A stretch of 64,000 bases of DNA from Camelus ferus (taxonomy: Eukaryota). Within the stretch, counting starts at the first letter, position 1. Every line of letters begins with the position of its first letter. Under the pieces are notes generated by a model. That model did no database searches. It was given only the letters and a program-made list of their open reading frames with translations, and was not told where the DNA came from. Location: assembly GCF_009834535.1 (NCBI RefSeq), contig NC_045696.1:19594001-19658000 (forward strand), read 5' to 3'. Made by a program: the position numbers and the translations under genes. Shown here piece by piece: positions 13,381-27,089 of the stretch.

Positions 13381-14094
13381 GGAAGTTTTAGAGCTAACAT
13401 TCAAACTGGCTGAGGTTGAATGGGCATCTGCAATGGCATGTCCCTCCACCAGGGTGACACTGAAAGTCAGGATAATCAGCCTTTATAAAAAATATCGTCT
13501 GCACTTCCTGAACACGTGGGTTCTTTAGCATATGGATGGCCTTTCAACAAACAGCATGGAAAACCTCCACTTCGAGTAGTCTGTGAGAATAGTAATTCTG
13601 AATATTTGTCATACAGTGGCTACCAAAAAAGCATGGCTAATAAGATGGACATTTCCAAACTGTCATTGTTTCACATGGAGCCTCTAAACTTCACTCCTGT
13701 GCTACGTTAAGGCTTCAGAAAGCTATCTGGACATACTACATTATTCTAAATTCCCATAAACATTCCTTTCATGGTTATAAACCTAACCTTTTTTCATTCA
13801 TTTTAATAAAAGGATCATTCATATAAGGTATAATCAGCTGAAGAATATTACTTCTTATAACTCCATTATGAATGTACAAATTGTTCAGTAATGAATATGT
13901 GGCAAGTTTTTCAAATATTAAAAGGTAAGAAAAGTTGGTCCTTCACATTCACCTACATCCTTTGTATCCCCAAATAAAATCACATTTTACATCCTTTTTT
14001 AATAATTCTATTTTGCTTGCCACACAACTCAGTGTTAATTTTCTACGTTTAACTGATTCCCAAGAATTAAAAGTTCAATGAGAAAAATAAATGT

Positions 14095-14290
14095 TATTTA
14101 TTGAGAATCTGATATATGGCCCAAAATTTCATTCATTTACTTAACACGTATTATATGCCTGTCTTATTTAAGATTCAAACCACTGTTTAAAATGCATATG
14201 ACATATTGTTTACAGATGAAGAATCTGAATTAGGTGCAGAGCAATTAGAAAAGTTGTTCAAGCTTCAGGGCCAAGGAAAGGAGTAGAGCC
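14095..14290 (-). mobile_element. MIR SINE fragment
   Basis: tttacagatgaagaatctga resembles the reverse complement of the MIR core. Confidence 0.55.
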
Positions 14291-15350
14291 GTTAACAGAA
14301 TTCCAGCTTCACATCATTCCATCCTGGGATACCGGGGAAACAATGCGTAAACTGAAAGCATGGAAGCATCACTCCTCCAACAACACTGCCCTTGACCATC
14401 AGTCTTTGCTTTTGAGGCTTTTGTTCTGTGTGTCTTTTTGAAATACAACTCATTTCAAAACCTTTTGTAATTAAGGTTTACAATAAATCAGATGTGCACT
14501 TGAAGCCTAAGATGAGGTAATCTAAAAATGTTTAGACATTGTTATTTAACTGCTATAAGAGTTGCCTCTTGTTTGTTATTGAGAGGAATAAAGTTGAAAA
14601 TATACTGTACAATTTACCCATGCAATTTATTTGTAAAATCTAAAGCAGTTATCTGAAAATAAAGTAAGAGGAAATAAAGTATTATGTCTCATTAACTTAT
14701 TATGATAGAAAAAGTTTTAGTCAGTAACGGATAAGCAGTGAAAAATGTCAAGTTCAGGAAAATTCTCTCAAAATTTAAAAAAAAACTATTAAACATAATC
14801 ATGATACATTTTCTGCATATATTCAAAAATAGAAATTATCTGCTTTTTCTCCTTTATGTTGTAGAAGTTTCATCACTGAGAAGCACAAAACAAAATCATC
14901 CAAGACGGAAAGTAGTTTAAAAGATTCAATTATTTTGTACCTCTCTGCAATGCAGGTGCAATGAAAAATATTCTAAACTGAAAATGCTCCCAATTCACAA
15001 TGCTAAAGGAGCATAATGTAAGCAAATTATGCATTCTATTTCAGATGTGATACTATTCTGGAATTTCAGATCAGTCTAAATCAAAATCATAAAGACAACT
15101 GGAATGAATGTACTTTTTTGTCTATTATCCACATGCATCTCACCATAATATTTAGAACATGTAGTTGTCTCTGAAATAGCAGTGCCAGAGTAAAACGCAG
15201 GATTTGCATAGATATTATTTTAAGTTTACATCTAGTCAGCCTGTGGGATCATGTTTTAATTATAATATGCAGAAGTTCAATGTATCAGGATTCATTTCTT
15301 ATTTATTTAGCATCCTTGTCCTGTTTGTATATAATTTTTTCTCGACTAGA

Positions 15351-15558
15351 GGATGGGTCAGCAAACTCTGTAAATCTTCAGACAATAACTGTGTAGGCTT
15401 CACAGGCCAAACCATCTGTGTCACAGCTGCTCAATTTTGATCCCAAACCAGCTGCAGACAGTATGTAACTATTGTGTTTGGCTGTATTCTCAGAGCACCT
15501 TACACAAACAGCAGAAGGGCTGGATTTAGCCTGAAGTCCATAGTGTGTCAACGCCCAG
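15351..15558. mobile_element. hAT-Charlie MITE (MER58A-like)
   Basis: gggtcagcaaact...taggcttcacaggcca...gggctggatttagcctga...catagtgtgtcaac matches the recalled MER58A layout, with degenerate TIRs. Confidence 0.8.
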
Positions 15559-15700
15559 TTCAGAGCTTTGAGGTTCTCAAAACAGTTGACGCTTAGGGTC
15601 AAAAAATCCAATTGCTATATCTGTTCAGGTAGATTCAGTCTTTTTTAAAAAGTGCAATATTGTTAGAACATATAACGTAGGGAGTTACCAAAATACTAAC

Positions 15701-15844
15701 TGTCGGAAATAGCGGTGACTTCCTCATTATGATATAACCAGCTGACAACAGGTGCAGGTGAACTGCTAACTCGGCAAACCACTTCTGCATTCTCTCCTTG
15801 TTTGAACTCTTGAGGAGATACCACTTCTCTGAAAGTGAGTTTTT
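15701..15844 (-). CDS. NCAM2: NCAM2 coding exon (exon 4 equivalent), first half of Ig2: [48 protein letters not shown](N)
   Basis: Translated by hand, because the ORF track shows a different frame here. Ig Cys and Trp present. Acceptor ttgatgcag, donor ACA|gttagt, 144 nt, phase 1-1. Confidence 0.96.
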
Positions 15845-15989
15845 CTGCATCAAGAAAGTAAAACAAACCATAAAAGTGTTATTGCTTATTTTTCCCAATA
15901 ACATATTTCAGAATCTGTGTTTATTGATGCTGTAATAAAATGAGGTAAATTTAGATCCTTTAAAACCTTAAACCAGCTCATCTAATTCT

Positions 15990-16462
15990 CCTACCTGATA
16001 AATTCCCATCTCACTGAGAATAAAATTCAAAGCTCTTACAATGCCACACTAGGTTCTATAGGAACTGGCGTCTGCCCCACAACTCTGATCCCAATTTTTC
16101 CTCTCTCCTCCTAGTTTCTACTCCAGGCAGTTCCTTGAGCACTCCAGATTTGCTGTCATTCTAGGGCATTTGCACTTTCTTAAATCCCCTCAAATTTCTG
16201 CCCAACGTCCACATGCAAAATAGCCATCTCCCCGTATCTCTAAACCACTTAATTTTTTTTCTGTTGAATTCTATATAATATATCTCTAGCACTTATGCAT
16301 TTGTTTCAGCTTACCTTTTGTTTGCCTGTCTCTACCCATTGAAATTGTTAGCATCAAGTGGCCAGTGATTTCTGTTTTAGTCACTACTGAGTCTCTGGAA
16401 ATTAGAACATTGTCTGCTAGGTAGTAGAAATGCAATAAGTGTATTGAAAGAATGCATGAATG
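15990..16462 (+). mobile_element. L2 3' fragment
   Basis: cccatctcactgagaataaaattcaaagctcttaca... ending in aataagtgtattgaaagaatgcatgaatg. Confidence 0.75.
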
Positions 16463-16924
16463 TGGATATTTATGCGTGATGAGAAATTTTTACTCATTGT
16501 CCTTGCTAAGAAAATACAAAATTCTTTTGCTTCACAAAACACCAGGAATCTTCCTTGGTATCATTTCAAATGAAACATCTTTCCAGATACTATGTCTATG
16601 AAATGACCATTTCAATTTAATATTTTGCTATTTATGAAATTGGTACAGTAGATGGTCAAATATCTTTCCTTGAGAAACTTGGAAACTAACAGGGAGAAAA
16701 AAGAAGGTCAAATCAGGAAAAATGAGGGTAACAATACACTAACAAATTGCTCTGGTCACCCAAGAGGAAGTCATGCTGTGGGACTGATTTAGCCTTTTTT
16801 TTTTTTTTTCATCTCCTGTTTCTAGAATAACAAAAACAAAGCTGTAAGGAAGAGATGCCTTATGAGCTGGTGTTTTAAAACTGTTTATAATTTTTCACTG
16901 GTAGAAATACTGACTACCACAAAT

Positions 16925-17110
16925 TAATTGTTAGGCACTGTTCTAAGCACTTTATGCATGAATTAATGTAGTTCTCAAAGTAACTCTATGTATAATGTAG
17001 GTATTACTATTATACCCATTTTATTGATGAAAGCGACAAGACAGAGAGATTATGAGATTGCTCAAGGCCACAGGGTAAGTGATAGAGCCTGGTTTCAAAC
17101 CCAGGGAGTC
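16925..17110 (-). mobile_element. MIR SINE
   Basis: aggcactgttctaagcacttta...cccattttattgatga...tgctcaaggccaca...agagcctggtttcaaacccagg is the MIR reverse complement. Confidence 0.85.
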
Positions 17111-17769
17111 AATGAGTTTCCTAAACAGGTTAACAATTCCTAGAGAGAAGGGAAAAGGAATGTAGGAAGCAATCAATCTCAAATCATAAAATAAAGTGTA
17201 AATGTAGAAAACCTTGTTACTGAAAATGCCTAGTGGTAAAGAATCTGGTTAGATGTTATTCTTCTGGTTAGATGTTTTCAGATTGTTCTCTGTCTAAATC
17301 CTGTTCACTGACCCTTCCCCAATTCTCATTCTAGACTGGTCGCTGCTATCACATATGTAATTTTATTTACAACAAATAACAAATAACCTTTTCTAACCTT
17401 TTCTTTCAGAGCGAAAAAAGTACTCCCAATAAATTTTATATCACTACTTAAACTACTGTTTTCTATTTATTCAAAAATTCTTAATGACCTCAGAAAATTA
17501 AAACATTTTCATCTATATTATTTGACCAACAGAACTGGAGCCATCTATATATTTATAATCCACTATGATCTATCATCTATTTTATTTTAGAGGTGCACTA
17601 CAGTAAAATATAAATAAGCTGATATCTGTAAAGGTCTCAGCACGTTGCCTAACACAGTTAGTTCTTAATGAGTATTAGTTTTTATTGTTCAATACATTTT
17701 AACATGTTCAAATTTTTTTATAAGAAAGTACAATTTCAACCAAGTAAAATTTATAAATCCGTGACTTAC

Positions 17770-17976
17770 GGTAAATTTCCAAAACAACTGTAGCTTCTTG
17801 TGTCTGTCCTTTGGCATCTGTTGCTTGACAACGATATATCCCTGCATCTTCTATATTTGCGTTGTAGATGGTTAATCGTGACCTAATACCTTCCTTTTGC
17901 ACCGATACTCTCTGTGTTGAAATTATCTTCTCTCCTTGAGGATTATACCAATCTATACTCTCAGGTTCACCAATTG
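17770..17976 (-). CDS. NCAM2: NCAM2 coding exon (exon 3 equivalent), rest of Ig1: [69 protein letters not shown](Q)
   Basis: Overlaps ORF 17708..17902. I-set Ig motif DAGIYRC. Acceptor ctttgcag, donor ACC|gtaagt, 207 nt, phase 1-1. Confidence 0.98.
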
Positions 17977-19526
17977 CTGCAAAGAGCCACGGAAAAGAAA
18001 TGTTTGAAAATATGTTTCAAATGTTTGTTTTGACATTGGCATTTACTATTGTGTAACAAATTTGACAATTTAGGAAAAAAATGTAAACAGAAGACTGGAA
18101 ATCTGAAAATCTTACAAAATTGAAAGTAAACACAAATGCTAGCACACATGTTCATCCTTATTTATCCAACATTGAGCATGCAATCTCATTTGAGTAAGCA
18201 AAACCCAAAAGTTCCTTAGGGAACTTGAAATAAGGTATTTAAGCTATGATAGCTTGAACTTTACCATGTTAATCTACGGATTATGACTACACTTAAGTAC
18301 TGAAAGCACCTTGGCTACCAAGTCCAACATAAACCCCCTTCATAGACATACTTAAACAGAAACATGCTAACACAATTGTTAACACGATTTCACTTGCGCA
18401 AGTCTTTTTGCTAGGGTCAGGAGATAGCACTTTTTCCTGTCATACAGTAGAGCTCATAAAAATGTAAATCTTTTACGAAGTAAACTTTGGCTTTTGTTAA
18501 TACAGAAATTTGAGTGAATTTCCCACGTTGTTAAACTTGTATAGATAAGACCAATGACTATTTTTAAAACAGAGCCCTAATCTCTTTTCCCAACTGAAAT
18601 CAGTAGTTTCATCATTTCAATCTAAAACTGTTAACTATTTAATCATATGATAATTAGAATGCATTGAAATGATACTTATAGTGCTAGGCAATCACAACCA
18701 AATCATTACAGGGTAAACATTTATTTACGTTTTCCAATTCAGAATCTAGGTTATTATCCTCTTCGTGAAAGCTGAAGCTTCCCGTGTTTACTTTTAGTCA
18801 CCAAAAGGATGCATTTCACCTAATTACTTGAGCGATAACTTGTGGAAGCAGTATACCCTATTAACTCAAAAGTATCGGGGGAAAATGCATACAGTTAACT
18901 AACATCTGTAGGACCTTTTTGAAGAAAATTGTTCCATCTTATTTTTTCCCCAAGAAATGGCTCTGGAAACAAACTGCCTTCCTTCCTATATAAATTTAGA
19001 CATGCTTGAGAAAAAAATATGTAAGTTTAGTTAAATATTAAATAGATCTTAGTTATATTATCTTCAGGTTTTTCTGAACATAAAACTATAGTCATTACAG
19101 GGTGACTCATTTGGGGGAGGTATTAGCTTTAATTCCCTCCTCCACTGAGAATTTACAAAAGAATAATTTAAATATGCATCACTTTAAATTTGAGCAATAG
19201 AAAACTCCACTTTACACAGTAAATTATAAAGGATATTCTGTGAAGTATTTTGGATACTTTCATTCTTAAGGCTATGGAATAAAATTTCACTATCATGGAC
19301 AGTTTATTCTGGATTTTCATAAAGCAGTCATAATTCTCTTTTTTCTGACAATTCTAATACTTAATAATTCCCCATAAAGCCTTCCATGTTATTTTACTGA
19401 TAGGACTGAACTATTGGATAAATTAATAAATAGCATTAAACTTCTTTTCTTGAAAACATAGATTTTAAATGCAGTATAAAAATTCGTTTGCTATACATGA
19501 CACATTCGTATTTAGTTCTGTGAAGG

Positions 19527-19942
19527 TATGACTGAGATAGGCCGGGACCTGGGACCTGGGACCGTTTACTGCAGTGCTTGCACCTGAACAAACTCTAAAA
19601 GACTGAAAACAACTGCATGCATATGCAGTTGGGGCAAATTATGAACAAAGATACAAAAAGGCCAAACCCCAACTGCCACGTCTGAGCAAAAGCAGGGTAC
19701 TATGCATGATCCCTGAACCCAGCACCACCAAGGGGGTGGCAGACAACCTATGCTACCCTCACCCCATGTAAGGGATCAGCTCGCCCCGCCCCCCAACCCA
19801 GTGAGCAAGCAATGGAAACAGTTTCTTGTTTTCACTCCCTCCTGCTGCAGCATGAGTCCCAGTAAAGCCTTGCCTGAATTCCTTATCTGGTCTCTTGTCA
19901 ATTTCTATCCACTAAAGAGTCCAAGAACCCAGGTCGGTAACA
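19527..19942 (+). mobile_element. ERV1-type solo LTR (resembles cetartiodactyl MER41-like LTRs)
   Basis: Abrupt GC-rich block in AT-rich intron. gggacct tandem near the start, AGTAAA polyA-like signal at 19861, ends aagaacccaggtcggtaaca. 5' edge and TSD uncertain. Confidence 0.82.
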
Positions 19943-20904
19943 TGGTTACCCTCTAGTTTAATTTTAAGACATACTTATTTGATTGAGTTTCAGATGTCTA
20001 TGTTCAGGAAACTTTAGAATCAACAGAGGCACCACTGTAACAGAAAAATACAAGCAAGCGTTCTGATTTGCATAGGTTTCCCACATTTTCATTTTTAGAT
20101 TCTTGTTTTACTACTCTATTTAACATATAGGTAAGGCCACTTCCACAACTGTATAGCTCTTGGTTATATGTCTTTAAATAAAAGGAAAACAATGTTTAAT
20201 TATTTTTGCCCTATTATTAAGAACAAAACTCAGTACCACTGAGTGATGTTAATTCATACTTTTAAATTATGTCACTTTGATCTTATGAATTATATAGAGG
20301 CAATTAACATCATATAATTTATATCATTAAAATATGCAAAGCCAAGAAAATAATACAATTTAATTTTTAATTCATTTTAAACTATTTCATTATTCCGTGA
20401 TTATGCGATACAATTGAGCTGGTTAATAATAATTTACTTTAAAAATAATCACTTTTCATAAGGATGGATTTGACTTGCTTTGTCCTAAAATTTTCATTCA
20501 AATGTAACTATAATGCAATGTGCTACATCTAATTTATTCATTTCCTATTAACAAAAATGGTTCAGTTACAACATTTATATTCATCCTAATATTACTATTT
20601 AGATAAATATTTAATTGACTAAAAGTTATTGTGTATACATTATATCTGATAAATTATTTTCAAAATAAATGACCTAGTTTGGCACACAAAGTTAGTAACT
20701 TGAAAGTAACAGAAATAAAGTTCATAGTGTTTAATATGTAAAATATACTTATTAAAACTTTTCTAATCATTATAAGCCCAATGATAACATACAATTTTAT
20801 TTCTAAAGAGTTGATTTTTTTAAGTACTTAAATTTAGCCAGTATATTATTTGAATATTTAAAGCATGAAACAAGTTATCTGAAAATATTTGTAGAAACAC
20901 ATAC

Positions 20905-20979
20905 CTGTACATGTGAAGAATTTAGATTCGCCCACACTAAGCTCTACTTTGCTAAGTGAAATTGTCACTTGAAGAAGAG
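20905..20979 (-). CDS. NCAM2: NCAM2 coding exon (exon 2 equivalent), start of Ig1: (A)[24 protein letters not shown](A)
   Basis: Minus-strand translation matches the mature N-terminus of NCAM2 as I recall it. Acceptor tttttcag, donor CAG|gtatgt, 75 nt, phase 1-1, joins in frame to the next exon. Confidence 0.97.
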
Positions 20980-21719
20980 CTGAAAAAAAGATTGGAGTAA
21001 AATTAATTATGGTTTTAAAATGAATGCTAAGATTTTAATACATGATGTCTATACCACATGATCTAAATAGCAATTATTTACCCCCAGTGCTTTTATTACC
21101 TGTAAAGAGAAATTAAAATTTTGTAAAACACAATGTAACAACATTGTATCTGTTATATTCTTATGCAGCTTACAACCAGACCAAATACAGAACTTATTTA
21201 AGCTATGCTGAAATTTTTAGTTAAGAAAATGAGGAAATTCATACTCAGACAGCTGTTCCATATTCCCAGGCTAGGCCTTACGTGTGCTACCAGACTGGGC
21301 AATAGCTAAAGGAAATTTTTGCTCAAAATTTGGAAACTTGCTTAAAAAGAGTAAATCTTATATTGTTACTACAATAATTAAAATATGAATTAAACATTCT
21401 GACTACCTACTAAAATATTTCCATGGTAGGAGGCATACACAGAGGGAAGAGAGAGAGAACTACATAAGGAACGATGATTAAACATTCATTTTCACAAGAT
21501 TAATAAGTAAAGGAACCAGGGCAACAGCGGTAAAATAGGCAAGATGTTCAAAAAGTCTGTTGTCAAATTTGAAATAAAACATCTGAATATTCTAAAACTT
21601 CAGAAAATAATTACAATTATCTTTTAACATTAATTGAAAGATTTATGGTATGGTGGACATTGTGGTGTGTGACCACTCCCCAAAACCTTGTCCCACCACC
21701 CTTTGCTCCCAGAAATGCA

Positions 21720-22460
21720 GAGATAACCTTTCAGGAAAGTAACAGTGTCTTGAGGGAAAATAGTGGAGACAAACTTAAAAACTAGAGTGCAAGCCTACAC
21801 TGGGAATTTGTGGATGATGGTAAGTGAGAGGCTCACAGATTGCAGAGAATGGATCAAGACTGGCATGAAGAGGGGATGTTACAGAAAACCTCATACCACT
21901 GGACCAGAATTAGACTCACCCTTAGCATAAGAATAAATCAGCCCACTGGCAAAAGGTGATGTCAAGGACAGTTGTCCCTCCTGGCCTGTATAGGGGGAAA
22001 ATGTTTCTCCTTAAACAGATTAACCACTGTTCTGCCATATCCCAGGTTTGAGATTTTAATTGTAAATACATGTTCTTTGGGAAACCCCAAGATGCAAATT
22101 AAATTAAAAAGCCATCTCACATGTAGGGTTCACAGCTATGTGGCAGAAGCAAACATAAATCCCCTTCAGAAGAGCTATATAATCAGCCCAGACTCCCCAC
22201 GATTTTCATAAATGAAGTTCTCTTTAAGCTAAACTCACATTCTGACATTATAAAACACATGGTGAAATAAGGCACTGTGAGCAAGAATCAGCTGAAATAA
22301 CCTAGAGGAAAAAGAGACCCATGAAATGCCAAAAAAAAAAAAAGAAAGAAAGAAAGAAAAGAAAAAGAAAAAGAAAAGGAAAAAAATGGAATTAGACCAA
22401 GACTTTAACATAGCTATGCTGATAATGTTTAAAGAAAGAAATATGAGAAAGCAAGAAAAT
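21720..22460 (+). mobile_element. Old L1 5'-region fragment containing an A/AAAG expansion
   Basis: Weak resemblance to the L1M 5'UTR/ORF1 start (ataaaacacatggtgaaataaggcactgtgagcaagaatcagc). Confidence 0.45.
22331..22386 (+). repeat. polyA / (AAAG)n / (AAAAG)n simple repeat
   Basis: Directly visible in the sequence. Confidence 0.95.
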
Positions 22461-25400
22461 ATTTATCAAGGAAGTCTTGTCAAACATGTTATTTAAGCTC
22501 TTTAAAATATTTCCTTGTACTTCCTATACTTGATTGATGAATTCCTTCTTTTTCTGGAAACCTCCATGAGAAACTCAGGTTGAGCTACATGGCTATCTTT
22601 TTTTTTCCTGTCAGTCTTGGGCCTGTCTTTATTCATAATTTCATCAATGCTCAGAGAATACTTGGCACATTATAGGGGCTCAAAAAGTGTTCTAGTTAGC
22701 CTAATATTTCAGAGAGAAACCAGTTAAGAAGAACAATGAATTTAGAAAGAATAGGGAGAAAACTTAGCAGAACCAAGGAACAAGTGACTATCTACTGTAA
22801 ACAATGTCAATATTAGTGAGAATTCACAGAAAATAACTTTTTCTTTTGAGAAGCAACTAATCCCCATGATAAACTTAGTTTAATGTAATGGGGACAATAG
22901 ATGAAAGCTGCAGAAAAAGTCAAGGAAGTTGAGATTGCTCTCGTAAGAAACCTGAATCTGAAGAGATGTTTAGAGTTTTGGGGATTCACAATTCCAGGTA
23001 TGTAGTCAGGAATTTTATAAATTGAAGAAGGTTTACTCATACTTATGGAAAGAAGGGAAAGAGGCAGAAAAGAGGTTGTATGTTTGAAAGAAAAAAGAGA
23101 ATTGGGGTTCTGCTCCTTTTATTTCTCCTTTAAAACCTCATCTTATTTCATGCCCTCAATTTCCTTTTCTCTTTGGCTCTTCAGCCTGTGCTTTCCCAAA
23201 ATTTAATCCTGCAATCTCCAATCCTTAGATAGGATTCAGTTGAATAGCATATTTTAATTTCAAACTCTTCAAGTGCAAACTGAACCCTTCCCCTTCTACC
23301 AAAAATTGCTCACTGTTCACCATTTTTGGTCACCACCAATCAATCGAAAAGTCTTGGACATATAACCTCTGAAACATAATTTGTACACATTCTCATGTAT
23401 TTCCAACAATGTTTCCCTGATACATGCACTCATTAATTTTAATCTGAGATATTTATTTTAATCTGAGATAATGATGTATCAAGTTCTACATTTCTTTTTC
23501 TGACTTTTATCTCTTCAGTGTTCCTTCCCATGAGAGTATTTCTCAGGCTGCTGCAAGCGTACGTTTCTAAAACTGTTTAGTTTCACCTGCCGACTCAAAA
23601 ATCTTCTAAGTGCATTTGTTTTGTCCAATTAACTATTATATACATTTTAATTGAAAGAAAATTAGGTCTTCTAGGTTTCTTTCCAAGTACTCCGAATGCT
23701 TCTGTAGCTGTAGACAACCACAATTAATTGTCCCCTCTTCCGCACTGACTCACACTTCCTCATCAATGTGCATTTGCTCAAACTGTTTCCTTTGCCGTCA
23801 TCTCCCTTACTCACATCTCTGCATGGCTGGCTATATTCTATCTCCAAAATGAAACTAAAATATCAATAGCTTTGCAAAATATTCTCTGATAGCCCCATCT
23901 ATAATATCAACAAGTAGAAATCTTTGATCCAGAGACAAGTTCACTAAACAAGTGAAACTCACCATTGTGGATGATACTCACTTCTCTACCATATATAAAT
24001 GTAAATTTCTAGAGGTGAAAGCTCATCACCTTCATTTCTATTTCTCCTAAACTGATAACATGCAAGTGCATAGCAGAATAATGAACATTTACCAAGAGCT
24101 TACTGTACACTAGGTACAGACTATTGATGGTATTGAGAACATATAGTTTTGTAATTGACTTAAACTGAATTTAAGGATATCAGAGATTTTGAGAAATGTC
24201 TGCCAATTATTACTTTGACCTTTGGAGTTTATAGAAAAGACAAAACTTGAAAGATATAGGCACTTTCAAAGTCAAATAAAGTTCTGAACAATTTTGCACT
24301 GATTTGCTGTTGGGTATAAGAAACATTCATTGCAATAAAGTGAAATTAAGCCTGAAATTAATTAGCTAATTTATATTAAAATACTTGGTTAATTTTTTAT
24401 TCAGTACAAACTAGTAATTCACTCATTAATCAAGATCATATTTTTATGGACATTTTGGTGACTGGGCACATGGCTATAAATCAGGAATTAAAAGTATATA
24501 ATAAAAAGAAAACACATAATTCTCTAGTTAAATACATTTCCCGAAGGCTAGATTTGCTCTAATTGACCTCTACAGATACATTAAAACATATGCATATTAG
24601 GAAAGACGTGAAGAACTAAAATTTAAGGTCATGCTTTAATCATTACTCTAGTGATTTAACATGCAGAGTTTCTTGTGGTCATTCTTGACCTGTGGCCACC
24701 TCTAATGGACTCATTTTGGACTCAAATGTCAGAAGAAAATGAAACAGTTTTCTAATGCCAAATAGAAATTTGTGTTCAGAGAGAACTGGACAAAACTGGT
24801 ATTTTCTATCTATCCAGTTAATCTTGCCTTCATTTCTGACATTTCAATTTAGAGACGAAACATGAAAGTGGATACTGATACGAGTCCTTGATGTCATTTA
24901 GGACAGAAACGTAGTAAACATTTCTAATTAAAATTTCTATTTAGAATTGGACGGGATTTTAAAAATGAAATGGCATTCACTGATGCTGGAAAATCTAATT
25001 TTTATGTTTTAGTCTTCTTAAGTATTTGGAGAAGACATGATAACTTTGAAGAAAATGGAGATGTGTATAACGTTACATAGACTGATTCACTTGATTTGAG
25101 CAGCAATTTGAGTAAATGATGGCATTACTTCAAACCAACCAATAAACCATACTTTTGTATTAGAATTGGGGTTGGATAGTCAAAAACGCCAGTATCTTCA
25201 CAAGAGATTCTCATTTAAAGTAAGAAAACATTTTAAACCCACAGACTAAAAATTGGCACAATGATAAACCTATGTCCTTTTTGAACTATTCTCAAAGAAA
25301 TACATGCAGTAACAATCTGAAATGTAGAGTTGGGTAAATTAAAAATTTGTTTATCAAAATCAGTACTTATTTATTGAATATATGAATTCTGCAAATTGCT

Positions 25401-26942
25401 ATGGTATGCAAAAATATTGTCATAGTTCCTAATGTCAAAGTATTTCTAATTTATTTGGTATGACAACAACACTGCATAAAAAGATGAATAATAAAGCAAG
25501 ATGATGTTTATCAATTATGGCCTTTAAGAGATTTATAATCAAGAAGGCTGCACAGAGGGCAATAAAACTTGAAAAAAAAAAAAGTTGAGACAGATATTAC
25601 AATAAAAAGACAGAAAGAGAGCAGACTCCAGGTAAGGCATGTATGTTGGCGGGCATTCCAGTTAAGACAAAATTTTTTGTTCAAGGAAGATTCAGGGAAT
25701 AATTAATAGATCAATATAGATGAGGTTGATCTCATGTAGAAGAATATTGGTAATATATTATCACTGGAGAAGTGGTTTTGAAAACACACTGGAGGAACTC
25801 AAAAGCCGTGGTAAAATTTCTAGACTTAAATGGTTGTCTGTTTATTATTTATAAGTAGAAATTAATATGACAAAATTGGTATTTAGTAAAGATTAATCAA
25901 AAGATAGGATGACTGACAAATTAAATTTAGGGAAAAAGCATTTAGGATAGATTATGATGAGTGGGCTGGCTGGTGGCAAAGAATATGGAAAGGTAGGTAT
26001 AGATGTAACAAAAAATATCAAAATAGGAGTTATCTCTGGATTAATTAGGACATTACTGAAAAAGGGAAAAAGTCAAAGATGTTAAGATTTTCTACTTCTG
26101 TGAAACAAGTGTCACCAGCATAAAAAAGAATTTTAGAAGAGCTAACAGAGGGAAAATAAGAGCTGTAATTTATATCGTAAGTGAAAATTACTTCTCTAAA
26201 TGCAACATAACATTTTAACAAAGATAACTGCTATCATAGCAAGGCTTAAATTAATATTTATAATTTGAGTAAGTGTGTAGATTAAATAGCAGATATTCAA
26301 AGGGGACTTTCTTAATTTACAGGCATATAAATATAATGAAGTCATTGGCATTTTTAAGTTCCATCAGGGGACCAAGAGAGCCCGTTGCAATTTGACACAG
26401 TGGCATTTAAAATGGCCAGTTTATCACCTGCAGAGATTTTAAAACTGACAACTTAGTCTACTACATGCCTGACACAAAGCAGAGTTGGATTCACTTACAA
26501 TTCTAACTGGCATGCAGGTAACTTAAGGCACTGGTTTATCTTGGTACAATGACCTGTAACATTTTTCAAGTGCTTTTTCTCTTTGGCTTCCACATCAAGG
26601 GAGTTAAGAGAACTAAGATATCTAATAATTATAAAATCTCTCAGGGAGTCTTACTCAGTGAAGGTCCTTATAAATTATTGATTATACAAAATAAATATAA
26701 TTTCCTCATTTTTTTCACTGGAAATGTATTGTTTAAAATTGTACCTGCTTCAAGAGAATTATGTACATAATTTAATTATTTACATTTTTATTATTGAATT
26801 TTTACATCAATATAGTACAACAGTCTATGTGTAATCTAATTTAGTTTTTAAATTGCTACAATGTTGAAGAAAAATCAGAACTTTTAGAATGTTGAAGAGA
26901 GAAATACTTCATCATCAAACATTTTAGGAATTCTGATGGCTG

Positions 26943-27005
26943 AAAACATTTGATTGAATCTATGTTTAAATCTATTTTAAAACATTTGATTGAATCTATT
27001 TTAAA
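26943..27005. repeat. Short tandem duplication (aaaacatttgattgaatctat x2)
   Basis: Two copies about 36 bp apart, just left of the provirus 5' break. Confidence 0.85.
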
Positions 27006-27089
27006 TTTTAAAATAATTTTGTATGATTTTCTATCAGAACACAGGTCTTCAAAAGGGATATAGACTCTCCTCCACTGAGGTAATACCAA

